A stretch of 64,000 nt of DNA. Origin: Azolla caroliniana. Its lineage: Eukaryota; Plantae; Polypodiophyta. The stretch's first letter is position 1. Each line of letters begins with the position of its first letter. Made by a program: the position numbers and the translations under genes. Location: positions 5,394,001-5,458,000 of the forward strand of contig JBHGNT010000013.1 of the NCBI GenBank assembly GCA_043228905.1. Reading direction: 5' to 3'. Of the stretch, positions 60,300 to 64,000 are shown piece by piece. The notes beneath the pieces are model-generated. The model saw nothing but the letters and a program-made list of their open reading frames with translations. It had not been told where the DNA came from and searched no databases.

Positions 60300-62780
60300 A
60301 GGGAAGATGTTTGTTTGAGACATAAGTCATTTTGGAGGAAAAGGTGCCGTCAAATTGTGTTTTGGAGTACTATAGGTTTCCTGTAACGATCAACCGGTTA
60401 AGTGGTGTGCAACCTCTGCTTGTGTTGGAAGCTCGTGTGCTCCCGACTAAGGGCTCACTAGTCTGCAAGATTGTTGAGCTCGAAGTTTTGTTTCTGGCCC
60501 AAGGCTAACTTTATATTCTTTCTTAGTGTTTAATCGATTATTTGGAGTTGATTTATCTGGGTGCTCACTCTGTGATGCTTGTTTGTCTCTCCCTGAGTTG
60601 TGTCAATATTCCTAACTTGTTTGTGGTGTTCAGGGAGGTATCACTCTTCTCTCCTTTGTTCTACACTTGCTGACTCATGTCTGTGAGCATGTGTATTCAT
60701 CATATGGATTCTAGTGATAGAGCCATATCGGATACGACTCTATGAGCTCGTGTCCTCATTAAACAGACTGGGGTAACTATGCTAGATCGGTCACTACGAA
60801 CCTCAACTGCCACTCATTCTTAACCTCAATTGGTAAAGATGCTATGAGAAGCTCATAGATTGTGGGAGACCTTCGAAGAGGGGCTATTAGAGACATACGA
60901 CTATGAGAGGCCAAAGGGGCGAGATCATTGCGAGTTTTGACAGGTGGGGAATGTTAGCGAAGGCCCATCGAGGCACAATGGAAGCATTCCTAGAGTTTGA
61001 GCGACGCTATGCTCGACTCTCATAGCGGGAACAATGACTGGTGGGCATGGTAAGGTCTTATTATTCATGAAGTCCATTGACTCAAGGGAATATATGGCCA
61101 TAGGACTCAAGCTCAAAGACGATGATGGCCTCACCGAGGACTAGATTGACGTAGAGAATGTAACAAGAAGCACACAAGACCCTCGCCGGCCATGGCATGG
61201 TCCGCCAACGGTTAAAGGAGGGTGAAGTGCGATGGCGTGCCATCACAAAAAGAAGTGGGCATGCCAGGGATGGTTTGGCGGTGCTCGACGTCAAGTCCTT
61301 GATAAGGTCAATGGCAAGAGAGGTCTATTACAGAGTTAGGATTAGAAGGATCGAAGGTTGAGGAGGAAGTCGCTTCCTTGGGCACAAAGGACAGGGCCTA
61401 TGTGGAGGTTGAGATACGGTGCAACAGTACCATGGGAGGGGTTGTAGAGCAAGACTCTCTCTCACCTTGCGAAGGAATGACAGATGAGGATAAGGTTGGG
61501 AGCTATGGAGGGATAGACGCTGATTCAAGAGTGGATTTCCCACACCAGTTCTTGGCACTTTGGCAGTTGTGCCCGACAACCAATTTGAGACCGAAGAGAC
61601 AGAAGGTGACGATAGGAAAATAAAGGACCAAGCCAACGAAGATGATGACAATGAGACATTTGGTGAAAGACGAGATCTCCCCACACTGGTTCTAGAGACT
61701 TTGGTGGGCCCATGTGTCAATATCAAAAAGTGGAGAACAGAGACAATAACAAGGAGGAGGAGGAGGATGACAATAGAAAATGGGATCTCTCCACACTAGT
61801 TCCAGAGACTTTGGCAGTTCTGCTCGAGAGCCAACATGAGACTATAGAAATGTAAGATGGCGATAAGGAGACAAGGCCCGACGCCAGTGTATGTGAAGGG
61901 AAGGAGGTTGTCAACGATGAGGCTCAGTACAAAGCTGAGGGAAAGCTAAATGAAGAGGCAACATGCGGCAAGGAAGGGGGGGGCAAGAACTGACCCGGAA
62001 GGAAAATGGTTTGGTCTGATACCAGTCGATCAAACCCGACTCACATGAGATCTAACTCGGACGAAACCGATTGGTCGAACCCGATCTAGAAGGAAGCCGA
62101 CCTGGTCGAGACCGATTGAACGAGATCAATTTGGCCAACTTGAAGGGAGGATCCAAACAAAAATTGACTAAACCAGAACACGACCGACCATGATCGATCC
62201 AAATAGAAGTTGAGTTGGCCTAGTTGATGGTCGAAGTGATCAACTGGTGACATCTGGTTGGGGTTGGTGGGAGCAATGAGGAGGCCAAGCAAGCATGACG
62301 ACTATGAGGAAGAAGACAAAGATCAAGAAGAATCCTCCACACTTAAACCTGAGACTTTGGCAGTTGCGGATCAACATAAGACCGGAGAGACAGAGGGTGG
62401 TGGCGAGGAGTCGGAGGTTGAAGCGGGCAAGGGTTTCGGAAAGGATGAAAGGAGTGTTATGGTGGACAATCAAAGCCAAGAAGGCCAATCAGATTAGAAG
62501 CATGATCCTCAAGACAAGGCGGCGATATTGGAGGCCATGGAAGAGACCAAACTAGACGACACTAACACGGATGTCAGGATGGTGGTGGACTCTACCGTAA
62601 GAGAAGACCACAACAAAATGAGAAGCGTGTAATGTGGTCGCATAAGGGCCTAGGGATGAGCATATATTCGAAGGAGATCGATGTCAATGAGAAGCGATCA
62701 AAGAATAAAGAAGGACGACACACCAAAGTGCTTGGGTCAAAGGACAGTTGGGCTGGAAGCAACACATACAAGGTGCATGA
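60300..62780 (+). mobile_element. Degenerate Gypsy relative of the 624-5386 element (LTR remnant, gag, acidic repeats)
   Basis: 60390-60460 resembles LTR 36730-36790. Gag-like KVLLFMKSIDSREYMAIGLKLKDDDGLTED and repeated TLVxETLAV motifs. Confidence 0.7.
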
Positions 62781-62789
62781 CAAACAGTA

Positions 62790-63588
62790 TCCGGCATGCG
62801 GTGTGAATGGTTGGGATCTCAATTGGAGGACATGGGAAGAGGTGAAAGGAAGAGGGGTTTGGTAGGCAAAGCGCAAGGACATGTCGCTCCTTCTGGTCAA
62901 GACCACTGATGAGACGAAATGGACTATAGGAGTTGGTGCATACTGATGTGTGTCAAGTGGACATGAAATCACATGCTGGATCACAGTACTTCGTGACGTT
63001 CATAGACGACCATAGCTGGAAGTTGTGGGTCTCTTCAAGTGTTGTCCATCTTCAAGGAGCTCCATGCAAGAGGGGAAAGGGAAACCGGTCAGAAGCTAAA
63101 GGCAATTCGAGCAGATAATGGAGGCAAATATTGAGGGCAGTTCAAGGAGTACTGCGGGTCGAAGGGAATCCGGCTCGAATTTATCATGCCGAAGACGCCG
63201 GAACTGAACGGGCTGGCCGAACGGATGAATTGGACCGTAATGGAGAGAGTTTAGTGCATGTTGGCATATGCAAAGCTACCCAAGATGTTTTGGGCTAAGG
63301 CGCTGATGAGAGCGACCTATGTGATAAATAGATCACCCTCAGCGTATGGACCGGTAAGGACGTGTCTTACAGGCATCTGAAGGTGTTCGGTGTCTCGCTT
63401 ATGTGCGTGTTGCAAAAGACAAGAGAGCGAAGTTGGATCTGAAGTCCCAAACTTGCATATTCCTCGGATACGGTGACGATCAGTTTGGCTACCGAGTGTT
63501 GGACCTGATTGACAAGAAGGTTTTCCGGAGTCGGGACTTCATCTTCATGGAGGATAAGACCATTGCTGATTGGGAGTCGGAGAAGAAG
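62790..63588 (+). mobile_element. Tork-like Copia integrase fragment
   Basis: VHTDVCQVD...QYFVTFIDDHS, PKTPELNGLAER and CIFLGYGDDQFGYRV, close to 8760-9455. Confidence 0.9.
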
Positions 63589-64000
63589 TGTTGAGTGAGA
63601 AGCTCAACATTGGGTGTGTAATACGGTGCGTAACCCAATGCGTAGACTGGACACGAAAGTTAGTACGCATAAATTGGCCGAAAGGCCGTTAGAGAGATAT
63701 TCCTCATAAGGAATAATTTTGGGAGTGAGTGTCGAGGCTCATTTATGAGCGGTCAAGTACTGTTAGTACTTGTGTCAGCCCGATTGTCAGGGCTTGTATA
63801 AAAGGTGCTCACTAAGCATGAAGTATGTATGTACAGAGTGTTATTATTTTTGAAATTGAACTATTGTGTGTGATCTCTCTCTCCATCTCTGTGTTTTCTG
63901 TGTTTAATGAACTGTCTTATTTCCAAATTGTATACATTGTGTTTACACATACGCTTCTGCACACGCTATTCTTTACATGGTATTAGAGCACGAGGGTTGA
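63589..64000 (+). mobile_element. 5' LTR (63589-63977) and PBS-Met of a Copia that continues beyond the window
   Basis: TGTTGAG...TTTACA followed by TGGTATTAGAGC. Homologous to the reverse complement of LTR 19844-20257. Confidence 0.9.

Noticed and set aside
62903-62925. CTGATGAGACGAAA, resembling a hammerhead core
   Set aside because: There is no room for stem II and no stem I. The sequence is homologous to Copia integrase-coding sequence at ~8725-8745.

Overview
This is eukaryotic land-plant nuclear DNA, inferred to be from a seed-free plant such as a fern or lycophyte based on its TE lineages. About 75% is nested transposable elements. Two host genes appear intact: a class I carboxylesterase (CXE/GID1 superfamily, + strand, 32520-33612) and a two-exon Bet v 1/PR-10/MLP-type gene (- strand, 54512-50903) with a hAT relic in its intron. 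A PLS-type PPR pseudogene fragment is also present. The TEs include a young full-length Tnt1/Tork-like Copia (6565-11976), several decayed Copia elements, a Tat-type Gypsy with an extra RNase H (14668-28704) hosting a multi-level nest, a LINE RT fragment, and several members of a tRNA-Trp-primed Gypsy lineage with TGTCG...GACA LTRs. The most notable observations are (1) a minimal type I hammerhead ribozyme motif at 25399-25457 inside an unexplained ~1.45 kb non-coding insert (Penelope/retrozyme-like); (2) all four readable insertion sites of the TGTCG-type Gypsy LTRs are 4-mers centred on CpG; and (3) accessory ORFs of unknown function in that lineage. All coordinates and identities were read by eye, and no database searches were run.
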